Below are positions 42,535 to 51,088 of a DNA stretch of 64,000 nt, piece after piece. Each line of letters begins with the position of its first letter. Position 1 is the stretch's first letter. Position numbers and translations under genes: made by a program. The DNA comes from a phage. The DNA is taken from the NCBI GenBank assembly GCA_033580375.1, contig GCA_033580375.1_4527.1; one strand, written 5' to 3'. The notes under the pieces are model-generated. The model did not search any database. It saw only the letters and a list, made by a program, of their open reading frames with translations, and was not told the origin of the DNA.

Positions 42535-43314
42535 ATGGCAGTAGTAGGAATACCTGGTTGGATTGGAACATCAGCAGTGGCTGAAACAGGTCAACGTTGG
42601 ATGTCAGCAGCTTCTAGAGAATTACGTCTAGGGAACCCATCTTGGATGTCACAATTCGCTGGACGTTCAAGAGAAATTATTCACACTCTTGGAGCAGACC
42701 ATAATTTTAATGGTCAATGGTTCCGTGACCGTTGTTTTGAAGCCGGTGGCGCTCCTATAGTGTTTAATATCACAGGCAACTTAGTATCATATTCTAAAGA
42801 CGTTCCTTTATTCTTCATGTATGGTGATACTCCTAACGAATATGTTACTTTGAATATTCATGGTGGTGTTCATATGTGGGGCCGAGGTGGTAATGGTAGC
42901 GTAAATGGAAGCCCAGGCACTAATGGTGGCGACGTAATCCAAAATGATATTGGTGGACGACTTCGCATTTGGAACTATGGCGTTATTGCATCAGGTGGCG
43001 GTGGCGGCGGTGCAGTGTCGTTAAAGAATAGCTGGGATGCGTATGCTACGGCTGGTGGCGGTGGTGGTAGACCATTTGGTCTCGGCGGTGCTGGCGTTAA
43101 TTGGCCTGGCGGCAATGCTAGTTATGACGCCCCGGGCGGCGCCGGTTACACTTCCCAATTCGGCGGAGGCAATGGCGGTGATGCTGGGGGCGCTGGTGGT
43201 GACGGATGGGGCAGTCACTTATCTAGATCTGGTGGTGGTGCTCCTGGTAGAGCAGTATTCGGAAGTTCACCTTCATGGGGTGCTACAGGCACAATCTATG
43301 GCTCCTGGATTTAA
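42535..43314 (+). CDS. 38: T2-type receptor-recognising adhesin gp38
   Basis: 259-aa ORF with conserved N-terminus ([11 protein letters not shown]...[35 protein letters not shown]) and glycine-rich blocks GGGGGG / [14 protein letters not shown] / [15 protein letters not shown]. Confidence 0.85.
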   Translation: MAVVGIPGWIGTSAVAETGQRWMSAASRELRLGNPSWMSQFAGRSREIIHTLGADHNFNGQWFRDRCFEAGGAPIVFNITGNLVSYSKDVPLFFMYGDTPNEYVTLNIHGGVHMWGRGGNGSVNGSPGTNGGDVIQNDIGGRLRIWNYGVIASGGGGGGAVSLKNSWDAYATAGGGGGRPFGLGGAGVNWPGGNASYDAPGGAGYTSQFGGGNGGDAGGAGGDGWGSHLSRSGGGAPGRAVFGSSPSWGATGTIYGSWI

Positions 43315-43332
43315 ACGATAATACCTCTCAAT

Positions 43333-43340
43333 TATAAATA
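43333..43340 (+). promoter_or_regulatory. T4-type late promoter for holin t
   Basis: TATAAATA about 20 nt upstream of the t ATG, SD GGAGG. Confidence 0.6.
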
Positions 43341-43359
43341 TTGATAAATGGGAGGTAAT

Positions 43360-44019
43360 ATGGCAGCACCAAAAGTATCATTTTCGCCTAGTGATATTTT
43401 ATTTGGGTTGCTAGACCGCATTTTCAAAGATAACGCCTCTGGAAATATTCTTATTTCCAGAGTTGCTGTTGTAGTTCTTTTGTTCCTAATGGCACTAATA
43501 TGGTACAAAGGGAGTATTTTTATGGATTATTACGTGAGGTCGAAATATGATACTTACACAGAAGTAATTCAAAAAGAAAGAAATACACGATTTGAATCTG
43601 CGGCTTTAGAACAACTACAAATAGTCCACGTCACATCAAGGGCGGATTTTAGTTCGGTGTATTCTTTCAGACCTAAAAATCTAAATTATTTCGTCGACCT
43701 TATTGCGTATGAAGGTAAGTTACCTAGCACAGTAACTGAAAAATCTATGGGAGGATTTCCTGTCGATAAAACGACAGCAGAATATTCGGTCCATTTAAGT
43801 GGACTTCACTTTACTTCTAAAACAGATTTTGCTTTCTTACCTACCAAATCAAAAACTCCGGAACTGGCATATATGTATAGTTGTCCTTACTTCAATTTGG
43901 ATAACATATATGCTGGAACTGTTTCTATGTATTGGTACAAGGGGTCGGATGTGTTAAATGAAGAACGCTTGGCAGCAATATGCAACCAAGCAGCAAGGAT
44001 ATTAGGGCGGGCTAAATAA
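43360..44019 (+). CDS. t: holin T
   Basis: MAAPKVSFSPSDILFGLLDRIFKDNA... matches T4 holin as recalled; start moved from track ATG (43348) to ATG after SD GGAGG; single N-terminal TMD. Confidence 0.9.
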   Translation: MAAPKVSFSPSDILFGLLDRIFKDNASGNILISRVAVVVLLFLMALIWYKGSIFMDYYVRSKYDTYTEVIQKERNTRFESAALEQLQIVHVTSRADFSSVYSFRPKNLNYFVDLIAYEGKLPSTVTEKSMGGFPVDKTTAEYSVHLSGLHFTSKTDFAFLPTKSKTPELAYMYSCPYFNLDNIYAGTVSMYWYKGSDVLNEERLAAICNQAARILGRAK

Positions 44020-44292
44020 TTAGTTGTTAGAATACATCGTCAAATGGCGATAAATATTTTCAAAACCTTCATTGAATTCACTAATCAGTGTTTTCTTTTC
44101 TTCGGCAGTTAAATTTGTAATTAGTTTTCTGAACGAATTCTGATTTAGCTGTCGACCATCTTTTTTAATTCCAATCTCATTCAAGAATCCGATGAAATTT
44201 GCTCGGTCTTCAACAATATCTTCCCTCGAGAATTTAATCAAAATAGAAGCAACAGTAATAATTTCACGTACAATTTCAATATCTTTATTCAT
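44020..44292 (-). CDS. asiA: anti-sigma70 factor AsiA
   Basis: 90-aa ORF (same as T4 AsiA), N-terminal MNKDIEIVREIITVASILIKFSREDIVEDRANF. Confidence 0.9.
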   Translation of the reverse strand: MNKDIEIVREIITVASILIKFSREDIVEDRANFIGFLNEIGIKKDGRQLNQNSFRKLITNLTAEEKKTLISEFNEGFENIYRHLTMYSNN

Positions 44293-44326
44293 AACGTTTT
44301 ATTCATTCCATTTGGTTGATACGATT

Positions 44327-44356
44327 ATAGTACCATTATCAGTGTTGATTGTAAAC
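44327..44356 (-). promoter_or_regulatory. T4-type early promoter for asiA
   Basis: Minus strand GTTTAC-N18-TACTAT(AAT). Confidence 0.5.
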
Positions 44357-44500
44357 AGCTTTTTCTACACTTTTAACGTAATCAGTGTAGTCTTCCTGTT
44401 CATACGAGTGTAAGGCCAAGAACATGGCTAATAGTTCATTATAGACTAAAGCCTCACGCTCACGTTCTGCCTCTACTACGTTCTGAAGATTATGGCTCAT
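44339..44500 (-). CDS. hypothetical small protein
   Basis: Track ORF trimmed to ATG (MSHNLQ...) with SD AAGGAA; 53 aa. Confidence 0.35.
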   Translation of the reverse strand: MSHNLQNVVEAEREREALVYNELLAMFLALHSYEQEDYTDYVKSVEKAVYNQH

Positions 44501-44501
44501 A

Positions 44502-44789
44502 TCATTCCTTATAACTATCAATGTAGTCCTGTATGTCAAAGAATGACATTTCATATTCTAGGACATTAAGAGCCCGTTCTTCAGTATAGTCAGAACCAAA
44601 TACGATAGTGATTTCACCAGGCTTCATATGATTGAAATCGACACTAAAAGGAATACGAGAACATACTTCGTCTGCCATATCTGCAACAACACTACGATAT
44701 ACTTCTCGGTTAACCTGATAAAGCTCTGCAAGTTCTTCGCAACGAATAACAAGTTCAGTAGCAGGATTTTCTTTGATTTTAGTAAACAT
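44502..44789 (-). CDS. hypothetical acidic protein (Arn position)
   Basis: 95-aa acidic ORF in the asiA-motA interval where T4 carries arn; identity not verified. Confidence 0.45.
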   Translation of the reverse strand: MFTKIKENPATELVIRCEELAELYQVNREVYRSVVADMADEVCSRIPFSVDFNHMKPGEITIVFGSDYTEERALNVLEYEMSFFDIQDYIDSYKE

Positions 44790-44863
44790 AGTCTTTACCC
44801 TTATGTTTTTGTTTACGCTTAGATTGAAGTTCCGATTTCTTCTTGTCCTTATGGACAGAAGCC

Positions 44864-45091
44864 TTATTGAAATCGTGTTTTGCTACAAGATTGTTCATAA
44901 TGATTTATAACCTCATTTAAACATTTATCGGTAAAAGAAAACTTTTTAGCCACAGAACATTCGATAATGTGTTCTTTCAAATCTTTAGAGTCGGTATAAC
45001 CCATCTCAGTAATAAAGTGGCGAATTAAAGCTTTATTCTTATCATTAACAGAATTAAAATAATCTGCTTTAGAATCAATTATTCTCATCAT
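44864..45091 (-). CDS. hypothetical protein
   Basis: 75-aa ORF. Confidence 0.45.
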   Translation of the reverse strand: MMRIIDSKADYFNSVNDKNKALIRHFITEMGYTDSKDLKEHIIECSVAKKFSFTDKCLNEVINHYEQSCSKTRFQ

Positions 45092-45356
45092 CTAATTTCC
45101 TTAATTGATATTGCAACGAGCTAATAATTTCTTCGTTCATTTTAATATACATGTCACGCAAGAAAGGTTTTAACCCTTCACGAATAATTGCTAATGTATC
45201 ACCTTTACATAAATTAACCAAATAAGGATGATCTAAAGCGTCCCAACCAGGCTGATTAGCATACATGCCATAGTTTTCTTCCATCATATGATTAAGACGT
45301 TTGATATCTTGGATACGTGATTCAATAGCATCTTTCTGGAGTTGTTTAATATTCAT
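45075..45356 (-). CDS. hypothetical protein
   Basis: 93-aa ORF. Confidence 0.5.
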   Translation of the reverse strand: MNIKQLQKDAIESRIQDIKRLNHMMEENYGMYANQPGWDALDHPYLVNLCKGDTLAIIREGLKPFLRDMYIKMNEEIISSLQYQLRKLDDENN

Positions 45357-45817
45357 TAATAAAGGTCCTCTGAATAAAGTTCTTTCTCACTTCCACCACG
45401 TTCAATACGCACCTGTCCAGCATACGTTGCAATAATCATTGCTTCTTCGCGCGTCCAGTAATTAGAGTATTGGTCAATAAAGCCTTGGTCGTCACCACAA
45501 ACTTGTTGCGAGACTAATTGAGGACCAACTATATCAAGTACTTCAGCCATATCTTTAGAGTAATGACGAACTCCAGGAATAACCAGAGTTCCACCACTCT
45601 TCAATTTAAACCTATTAGCTGCACATACTATAACACGTTGAACTTTTTGGTCATTATTCCAATAACACGTTTGCCAACAGATTTCAGGAACTTCATTCAT
45701 TATATCATCAGCAGAATAATTATAACCGTAGGACTGGAATTTTTCTGCTAGACTTTCAGGAGTCTCACGAGACAAGGCCAAATCTAATAGCTCTAAACGT
45801 TCTTTAAATGATTTCAT
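45356..45817 (-). CDS. hypothetical protein
   Basis: 153-aa ORF, ATGA-type overlaps with neighbours. Confidence 0.55.
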   Translation of the reverse strand: MKSFKERLELLDLALSRETPESLAEKFQSYGYNYSADDIMNEVPEICWQTCYWNNDQKVQRVIVCAANRFKLKSGGTLVIPGVRHYSKDMAEVLDIVGPQLVSQQVCGDDQGFIDQYSNYWTREEAMIIATYAGQVRIERGGSEKELYSEDLY

Positions 45818-46143
45818 TTAAACCATTCCTTAATACGTTGCCAAATAGATTTTTGTGCTTGTTTATTTACACCAATCGAACGAATAACAGGTTGTGACTG
45901 CTGATATTCTTTATAATCTTCTTTATAGATTTCGTAAGCCGCATCAACAAATGAACTGATCGCTGCCATGTAGTTTTTACGAAGGCCAAATGGCGCATCA
46001 TTATTTTCACGAATAACCGTATATTGGCCTGCTTTAATCTTTACAATTGTCCCTAAATAAGCCCCGTGGTACCAAATATCCCATCCTTCCTGAGTAGGTT
46101 CTGCACATTTACGAAGTTCGTTAATAATATTCAGCTTATTCAT
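45814..46143 (-). CDS. hypothetical protein
   Basis: 109-aa ORF. Confidence 0.5.
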   Translation of the reverse strand: MNKLNIINELRKCAEPTQEGWDIWYHGAYLGTIVKIKAGQYTVIRENNDAPFGLRKNYMAAISSFVDAAYEIYKEDYKEYQQSQPVIRSIGVNKQAQKSIWQRIKEWFK

Positions 46144-46153
46144 TATGTATTCC

Positions 46154-46786
46154 TCACAGTACGTTAGTTACAAGGGTAATGATTTCTTTGGACACATTAG
46201 GGAAGTCAATGTAAGTATATTTACCACCGATCTTAATCTTAACATCATTTTCAAGAGAAGTAAACAGCTTTGATTCAGTTTCTGACATGTTGTATGCAAA
46301 GATTCTAAGAGCGCCGTCTCGTCGAATTTCAATTTGGCGAATGCCTAGAACTCGTTTTGCAAATCGAACTTCTAAGTTACTACGGTTTTCACCAATTTCT
46401 TTAACTTCAACTTTATCTTTAATATTTTCAAAAACAAAGTTTGCTAATTCATGCATTTCAGGAGTAACTCCACGTGCTTTTCTGGTGTTACGTTTCTGAA
46501 GAAGTTCTGGAGCATTTTCTTGAGCAAATAGGTCTGCAGCTTTTTGGATAATATCCATTGCTTCGCCGGTTGCCACAAGTCCATCACCAGATTTTTCGAC
46601 TAAACCTTTCTTAATCAATACACCAATGTTAGAGTTAACAACTGATGCATTGTATTCTGCTTCCAGAGCTTCACGGACATTGGCAGCAGTGGTGAAGTTG
46701 TTCTTAATGATATAAACCATTATTGCAGCAGTTTTTTCATTCAGAGCGTTTTCAGAAGCTTTGATGATGTAAGTAACTTTAGACAT
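46154..46786 (-). CDS. motA: middle transcription activator MotA
   Basis: 210-aa ORF (T4 MotA is 211 aa), MSKVTYIIKAS...VNSNIGVLIKKGLVEKSGDGL matches T4 MotA as recalled. Confidence 0.9.
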   Translation of the reverse strand: MSKVTYIIKASENALNEKTAAIMVYIIKNNFTTAANVREALEAEYNASVVNSNIGVLIKKGLVEKSGDGLVATGEAMDIIQKAADLFAQENAPELLQKRNTRKARGVTPEMHELANFVFENIKDKVEVKEIGENRSNLEVRFAKRVLGIRQIEIRRDGALRIFAYNMSETESKLFTSLENDVKIKIGGKYTYIDFPNVSKEIITLVTNVL

Positions 46787-46823
46787 TTTATTTCTCCAAA
46801 TTAGTATTTGTTTTGATAGGTCT

Positions 46824-46852
46824 ATAATATCACGTTTGAAGCAAAAGTAAAC
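46824..46852 (-). promoter_or_regulatory. T4-type early promoter for motA
   Basis: Minus strand GTTTAC-N17-TATTAT with extended -10 TGn. Confidence 0.55.
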
Positions 46853-46889
46853 TTTATTTTGGGCTCTTTTTCAAAAGCCCTGGTAAAAT

Positions 46890-47105
46890 TTACAAACTCA
46901 TTTCTTTAATAAGGCCAATAAGTTTTGCCTTTTTAGAACGAAGCTTTTCTAAATGATATCCGTTTGAACCGCGAACAACTAAAGAATTGATTTCAACTTC
47001 TAAGAAATTTAATTCTTCAACAAGTGCTTTACGGGGAGCATTCATACCAGGTTTAACTTTACCAAAACGAGTAGTTGTGTTTTGGGTTAATTTCATTTTA
47101 GACAT
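46890..47105 (-). CDS. hypothetical basic protein
   Basis: 71-aa ORF with its own upstream early promoter. Confidence 0.5.
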   Translation of the reverse strand: MSKMKLTQNTTTRFGKVKPGMNAPRKALVEELNFLEVEINSLVVRGSNGYHLEKLRSKKAKLIGLIKEMSL

Positions 47106-47144
47106 TTTATTTCTCCAATTTGGTTGTTTTGTTTTGATAGGTCT

Positions 47145-47173
47145 ATAATATCACGTTTGAAGCACATGTAAAC
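47145..47173 (-). promoter_or_regulatory. T4-type early promoter
   Basis: Minus strand GTTTAC-N17-TATTAT; near-duplicate of the motA promoter. Confidence 0.55.
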
Positions 47174-47180
47174 TGTTTTG

Positions 47181-47214
47181 TGAAAAAAATGCACAAAAGG
47201 GAGCCGAAGCTCCC
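47181..47214 (-). terminator. intrinsic terminator after gene 52
   Basis: GGGAGC-UUCG-GCUCCC followed by UUUUGUGCAUUUUUUU on minus strand. Confidence 0.65.
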
Positions 47215-47290
47215 TAATCGCGATTGTCCAACCAATACAGCCAAATCACTAGTGCAGCTATTGCACCGAGAAATCCTAAGGCTAGGGCAC

Positions 47291-48616
47291 TCAAAGTGCC
47301 TCCAAGTCTTTAGTGTACTCTGTCACAACATCAGTAGACTTCCAATACTCGTTTTCTTCTTTCTTAGCTTTAGCTTCTTCTGCTAGTTTACGTGCTTCGT
47401 CGGAAGTGATATGGAAGATGTTAAGACCTACCAGTTTATCGACATGTTCTTTATACATTTCGATTTGTGCTAGCTCTTCAGTCAAAGCTTTACGGGTCTT
47501 GCCTTGAATCACAATTTCGCCACTGATAACTTTTTTGATGAAGTGTGCCTTAGCAAAAGCAAGTTTAAATGCTTTTTCAGATTCAAGGATTTTGTTGTCA
47601 ATACGTTTCTGAACGTAAGTCTTACGGACTTCAACAAAATCTTTGATTAAGTCTACTACATTATCATAGACCGCTAATTTACCCTTTTCATTAATCACTG
47701 TGATGTTTTGTGAACGACGTTCGATGAGACTAAAATCTTTCATGATTTTTTCATGACGTAGCTCTTCATCATCAGGAAGCGAGTACTCTTTACGGAACTT
47801 CACCTTAAACCCAAAGCCGTGTTCACCACAATCGTCTTCCCATGAGATTAGTCCTTTGTCTTCCAACGGGTCAAGAACCTTACTCACATACGTTTCACGG
47901 TCGAATTTATATGGGATTTCAGTTATCTGCATTTGAGTGCGAGATGTGAACTTATATGTTCCGTGAATCTCATAACGCCCATCAACTTCATGTACTTCAC
48001 CACGGAATTCCGGGAATTCAACTTTTGGCTTAGTGACATTTTTACCTTGAAGAGCTTGTAATACTGCCTTTTTGACAGATTTAAAACTATGAGGCAGAAT
48101 ATTTGTTGCGTAACCGGTTGCAATACCGGAGACACCATTCAAAAGAACTGTCGGAATAATAGGAAGATAGAATTTTGGTGGAACGTGTTCTTTATCTTCA
48201 TGAGCTGGAGCATATTCAGTATCTTTATAGACATTATAGAAATTTTTACTTACACGAGCAAAAATATAACGAGATGCTGCAGCTTTTTGGACTGTTCTAG
48301 AACCAAAGTTGCCTTGGCCATCTAACAGTGGATAGTTGTTGTTCCATGTGTTAGCCATCAATGCGCCTGCATCTTGTGCAGAAGATTCACCATGGTGATA
48401 ACCTAAATCTGCAACACCACCCGCAATTGACGCAAGTTTATGAAATTTTTCTTTATTACCACGAGCCAAATCTAATGCACGATGAACCACAAAACGTTGA
48501 ACCGGCTTAAATCCATCAATCATATTTGGGATTGCACGGTTTTCAACGGTGTACATCGCGTATGCTAAGGCTTCGTTATCAATAATACTTTTTAGATTAC
48601 GAGAATTCAATTGCAT
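47291..48616 (-). CDS. 52: DNA topoisomerase II medium subunit gp52
   Basis: 441-aa ORF (T4 gp52 is 442 aa), GyrA-like N-terminal region. Confidence 0.9.
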   Translation of the reverse strand: MQLNSRNLKSIIDNEALAYAMYTVENRAIPNMIDGFKPVQRFVVHRALDLARGNKEKFHKLASIAGGVADLGYHHGESSAQDAGALMANTWNNNYPLLDGQGNFGSRTVQKAAASRYIFARVSKNFYNVYKDTEYAPAHEDKEHVPPKFYLPIIPTVLLNGVSGIATGYATNILPHSFKSVKKAVLQALQGKNVTKPKVEFPEFRGEVHEVDGRYEIHGTYKFTSRTQMQITEIPYKFDRETYVSKVLDPLEDKGLISWEDDCGEHGFGFKVKFRKEYSLPDDEELRHEKIMKDFSLIERRSQNITVINEKGKLAVYDNVVDLIKDFVEVRKTYVQKRIDNKILESEKAFKLAFAKAHFIKKVISGEIVIQGKTRKALTEELAQIEMYKEHVDKLVGLNIFHITSDEARKLAEEAKAKKEENEYWKSTDVVTEYTKDLEAL

Positions 48617-48620
48617 ATTT

Positions 48621-48761
48621 TCACCATATTAATGAACGAATAATCATTATAACATCTGAAATGAAAAGCACTACTTGGATTAGTCCAAACATCACACCGT
48701 AGTACAGAACCGTAAGCAACAACAAGAGCCCGAAGGCTCCTGCTAAGATGTTCTTAATCAT
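48621..48761 (-). CDS. small membrane protein (46 aa), not in ORF track
   Basis: ATG...TGA frame MIKNILAGAFGLLLLLTVLYYGVMFGLIQVVLFISDVIMIIRSLIW; start overlaps the upstream small ORF stop (TAATG). Confidence 0.45.
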   Translation of the reverse strand: MIKNILAGAFGLLLLLTVLYYGVMFGLIQVVLFISDVIMIIRSLIW

Positions 48762-48907
48762 TACTCGCCTTTTAACACGTTAATAAGAGCTAAGACCGCT
48801 AAGGTACCTTGTGATACGGCCTGTTGAAATACTGTTGTTTCGCCCGTAACTAAAGTGTTAACGAATAAAAACGACCAACACAGCAATGCAATAATCCATG
48901 CTACCAT
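48761..48907 (-). CDS. small membrane protein (48 aa), not in ORF track
   Basis: ATG with SD GAGGT; MVAWIIALLCWSFLFVNTLVTGETTVFQQAVSQGTLAVLALINVLKGE; T4 ac/52.1 position. Confidence 0.45.
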   Translation of the reverse strand: MVAWIIALLCWSFLFVNTLVTGETTVFQQAVSQGTLAVLALINVLKGE

Positions 48908-48932
48908 TTTAATTACCTCAAAAATAAATTAA

Positions 48933-48952
48933 AGGCCTAACTTAATAGGTCC
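48933..48952 (-). terminator. possible terminator after ndd
   Basis: Imperfect hairpin GGACCUA...UAGGCCU followed by UUUAAUUUAUUUUU. Confidence 0.3.
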
Positions 48953-48959
48953 GTATAAA

Positions 48960-49406
48960 TTAGTAACTCTGCAGAATGAATTTGAAATTATCAGCCAGAA
49001 GACGGTTCATTTCAGTGAGTGTTTGATATTCTGACGTATGGTTGCGAGTGAATGCCAGAGCCAATTGACCTTTACCATAACCAGTAGTCAGTGGTTTCAT
49101 GTTCTTAGCTGCAACAAAGATTACATCATATTCAGTATTGTTAGTGGCCATGGTACGAGCTAGTTGTGAACGGCCTTGACGAATGTGAGAAAGAATTGCA
49201 TCTAACCCTTGTTTAGAACGTTGACGTCCTACAAAGAATCGTGCTGCTACTTGACGCCAGTCAGATGAACCTTTAACGAAGAAGTAAAAACCTTCACGAG
49301 AACGAAACTCTTTAGAAACTTCAGAACCGTATTCGCCATTACGAACTACTGCAACAACTTCACCGCCAACTTCCAGAAGGTCTTTACGAGTTAAATATTT
49401 GGACAT
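48960..49406 (-). CDS. ndd: nucleoid disruption protein Ndd
   Basis: 148-aa ORF; C-terminal half (RSKQG...LSHIRQ.RSQLART...[38 protein letters not shown]) matches T4 Ndd as recalled. Confidence 0.8.
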   Translation of the reverse strand: MSKYLTRKDLLEVGGEVVAVVRNGEYGSEVSKEFRSREGFYFFVKGSSDWRQVAARFFVGRQRSKQGLDAILSHIRQGRSQLARTMATNNTEYDVIFVAAKNMKPLTTGYGKGQLALAFTRNHTSEYQTLTEMNRLLADNFKFILQSY

Positions 49407-49450
49407 GCTAATTTCCTCAATTGATTAATGTTTTTGTAATCCATGAGAGC

Positions 49451-49480
49451 ATTATACTCTGCTCTCAAGAGTTTGTACAA
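49451..49480 (-). promoter_or_regulatory. T4-type early promoter for ndd
   Basis: Minus strand (T)TGTACA-N17-TATAAT. Confidence 0.45.
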
Positions 49481-49482
49481 TT

Positions 49483-49683
49483 TTATTCGGCTATATCAGA
49501 ACGTTCAAAAAGCTCTTCAACAGTTAAACATTCAGTGTCATCTTCAATAAAGAATCGAGTCCAACACGTTGGGGCGATACAGTTATGAGTTTGTCCGGCG
49601 ATAGAAGCTACACGAATAAGCTGCTGACCATTATTCAGAACAAATTTTTCGCCAATTTCAACATCTTTAAAAAGCTTAGCCAT
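49483..49683 (-). CDS. hypothetical protein
   Basis: 66-aa ORF, ATG start. Confidence 0.5.
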   Translation of the reverse strand: MAKLFKDVEIGEKFVLNNGQQLIRVASIAGQTHNCIAPTCWTRFFIEDDTECLTVEELFERSDIAE

Positions 49684-49743
49684 TTTGTGTTCCTCATGTT
49701 TCAGTAAGACTACTATACTATAATCCTACCGTGATGTAAACAA

Positions 49744-49854
49744 TTAAATTACATTAAAATATGTTAAAGCCAACCATGTTCCAGTGAACGAACATGCAAT
49801 GTAAAAAACCGTATCACAAATTGTTTTTAGTACAATAAGAAGTGCATTTTTCAT
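49744..49854 (-). CDS. candidate hydrophobic micro-protein (36 aa)
   Basis: ATG with SD GAGGT; MKNALLIVLKTICDTVFYIACSFTGTWLALTYFNVI; ATGA overlap with upstream micro-ORF. Confidence 0.3.
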   Translation of the reverse strand: MKNALLIVLKTICDTVFYIACSFTGTWLALTYFNVI

Positions 49855-49937
49855 AAGTACCTCAATGCAATTGAAAATATTATACAAATCATAGGGATAC
49901 TAAGCAACCATATTCCGATCCACATTTTAGAGCTCAT
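49851..49937 (-). CDS. candidate hydrophobic micro-protein (28 aa)
   Basis: MSSKMWIGIWLLSIPMICIIFSIALRYL; ATGA overlap with the stop of the upstream 87-aa ORF. Confidence 0.3.
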   Translation of the reverse strand: MSSKMWIGIWLLSIPMICIIFSIALRYL

Positions 49938-50197
49938 ATCTCAACTTCCGCGAGTTCCATATATCCTTTGCTGATAACCTCTTTAAGGTCTTTAGAAAGA
50001 ATAACATCAAAATGGTCGTTCATATGTCCATTAACCAGACGAGTTATTTCGGCTTCAGATGACATATAAGGCACGTCCGAGTCCCAATGAGATAGGCCTA
50101 AATGGGTATAAATCATCCCTTCGTCGTCTGCAGTGTTGTACATTGAAACAAACTCACCTGTCACTTTATGTTTTGCGTAGAAAAATTTAAATTTCAT
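49934..50197 (-). CDS. hypothetical protein
   Basis: 87-aa ORF, preceded by a promoter-like sequence. Confidence 0.5.
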   Translation of the reverse strand: MKFKFFYAKHKVTGEFVSMYNTADDEGMIYTHLGLSHWDSDVPYMSSEAEITRLVNGHMNDHFDVILSKDLKEVISKGYMELAEVEI

Positions 50198-50223
50198 GAT
50201 GTTATCCTCTTTTAGATAGGACT

Positions 50224-50253
50224 ACTGTATCATAGTCCTACTTAGTTGTAAAC
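50224..50253 (-). promoter_or_regulatory. candidate early promoter
   Basis: Minus strand GTTTAC-N18-TACAGT (weaker -10). Confidence 0.35.
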
Positions 50254-50265
50254 ACTTTTATGAAA

Positions 50266-50823
50266 TTAAAGTTGAAGATACCACCCGTTGTAGTTGCTCT
50301 TGCGGACGATTTTCTTTAGGTCTTCATGGTCTCCCACGAACTTTATAGAATAAGAGAAGACGTCAGGTGAGGTTTCTTTGACATTCAATATAATAATACA
50401 GTCTGCAACTCGATGATTCAGGAATGGCCCTATGTTGATTCCGTTGCCACCCGGATAATCACCACTGTATCCTGTGGTAACAGAAATCCATTTAGAATCC
50501 ATCTGATGTGTCTTGACTTCTACACGAATTCCACAATATTTGGGATGGGCTAACACGTCCCATGCATATGTGTACGGGTCTTCTACGTCTTCATTACCTT
50601 TATTAACATATCCGTCTAGCCAATTTGCTACTACATACTCTGCAAAGACTGCAACCTTACAACGTCGAACTACATCTTCTTTGTTTTGGTCTGGATTTTG
50701 GCTCAATGAATACCGAGCAGTGTCAGCAATCTTCACTTTCATTTCACTAGTCAAAAACTCATTCGACAGGATAAATGTCGGAAGATTCTTCAGTCTCAAC
50801 AGTCCCAAGTTCGTCTTTACCAT
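50266..50823 (-). CDS. denB: endonuclease IV DenB
   Basis: Track ORF trimmed to ATG (MVKTNLG...) with SD GAGGT, giving 185 aa as in T4; position between rIIB and ndd. Confidence 0.65.
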   Translation of the reverse strand: MVKTNLGLLRLKNLPTFILSNEFLTSEMKVKIADTARYSLSQNPDQNKEDVVRRCKVAVFAEYVVANWLDGYVNKGNEDVEDPYTYAWDVLAHPKYCGIRVEVKTHQMDSKWISVTTGYSGDYPGGNGINIGPFLNHRVADCIIILNVKETSPDVFSYSIKFVGDHEDLKKIVRKSNYNGWYLQL

Positions 50824-51046
50824 AGATACCTCTGATGTGTAGTTCGCCAAAATAAATGCGGTCTCCTTCTTCAAGATAGTTAGCATCTACCGGTGGGATT
50901 TCAATAACAACTTCGTCGCATTCTAACCAGCCATAGTGTGCATCACCAGGATGTTTTACCAATTTAGCACAATAAACTGATTTACACTTATGATGACCAC
51001 GAAGATTAGCAATTTTGGATTCTGATACGTCAAATGGATGAATCAT
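50759..51046 (-). CDS. hypothetical protein (start uncertain)
   Basis: Track ORF starts at TTG inside the terminator hairpin; trimmed to first ATG (MIHPFDV...); overlaps the proposed denB start. Confidence 0.35.
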   Translation of the reverse strand: MIHPFDVSESKIANLRGHHKCKSVYCAKLVKHPGDAHYGWLECDEVVIEIPPVDANYLEEGDRIYFGELHIRGIYGKDELGTVETEESSDIYPVE

Positions 51047-51052
51047 AATTAC

Positions 51053-51084
51053 CCCTAAAGAAAAAAAGGGGACCGAAGTCCCCA
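51053..51084 (-). terminator. intrinsic terminator after rIIB
   Basis: GGGGAC-UUCG-GUCCCC followed by a U7-8 tract on minus strand. Confidence 0.65.
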
Positions 51085-51088
51085 ATTA

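Noticed and set aside
42960-43260. Low-complexity GGTGGCGGTGGCGGCGGT repeats that could look like a CRISPR array or microsatellite
   Set aside because: They lie inside gp38 and encode its glycine-rich blocks; there is no repeat-spacer periodicity and no cas genes.
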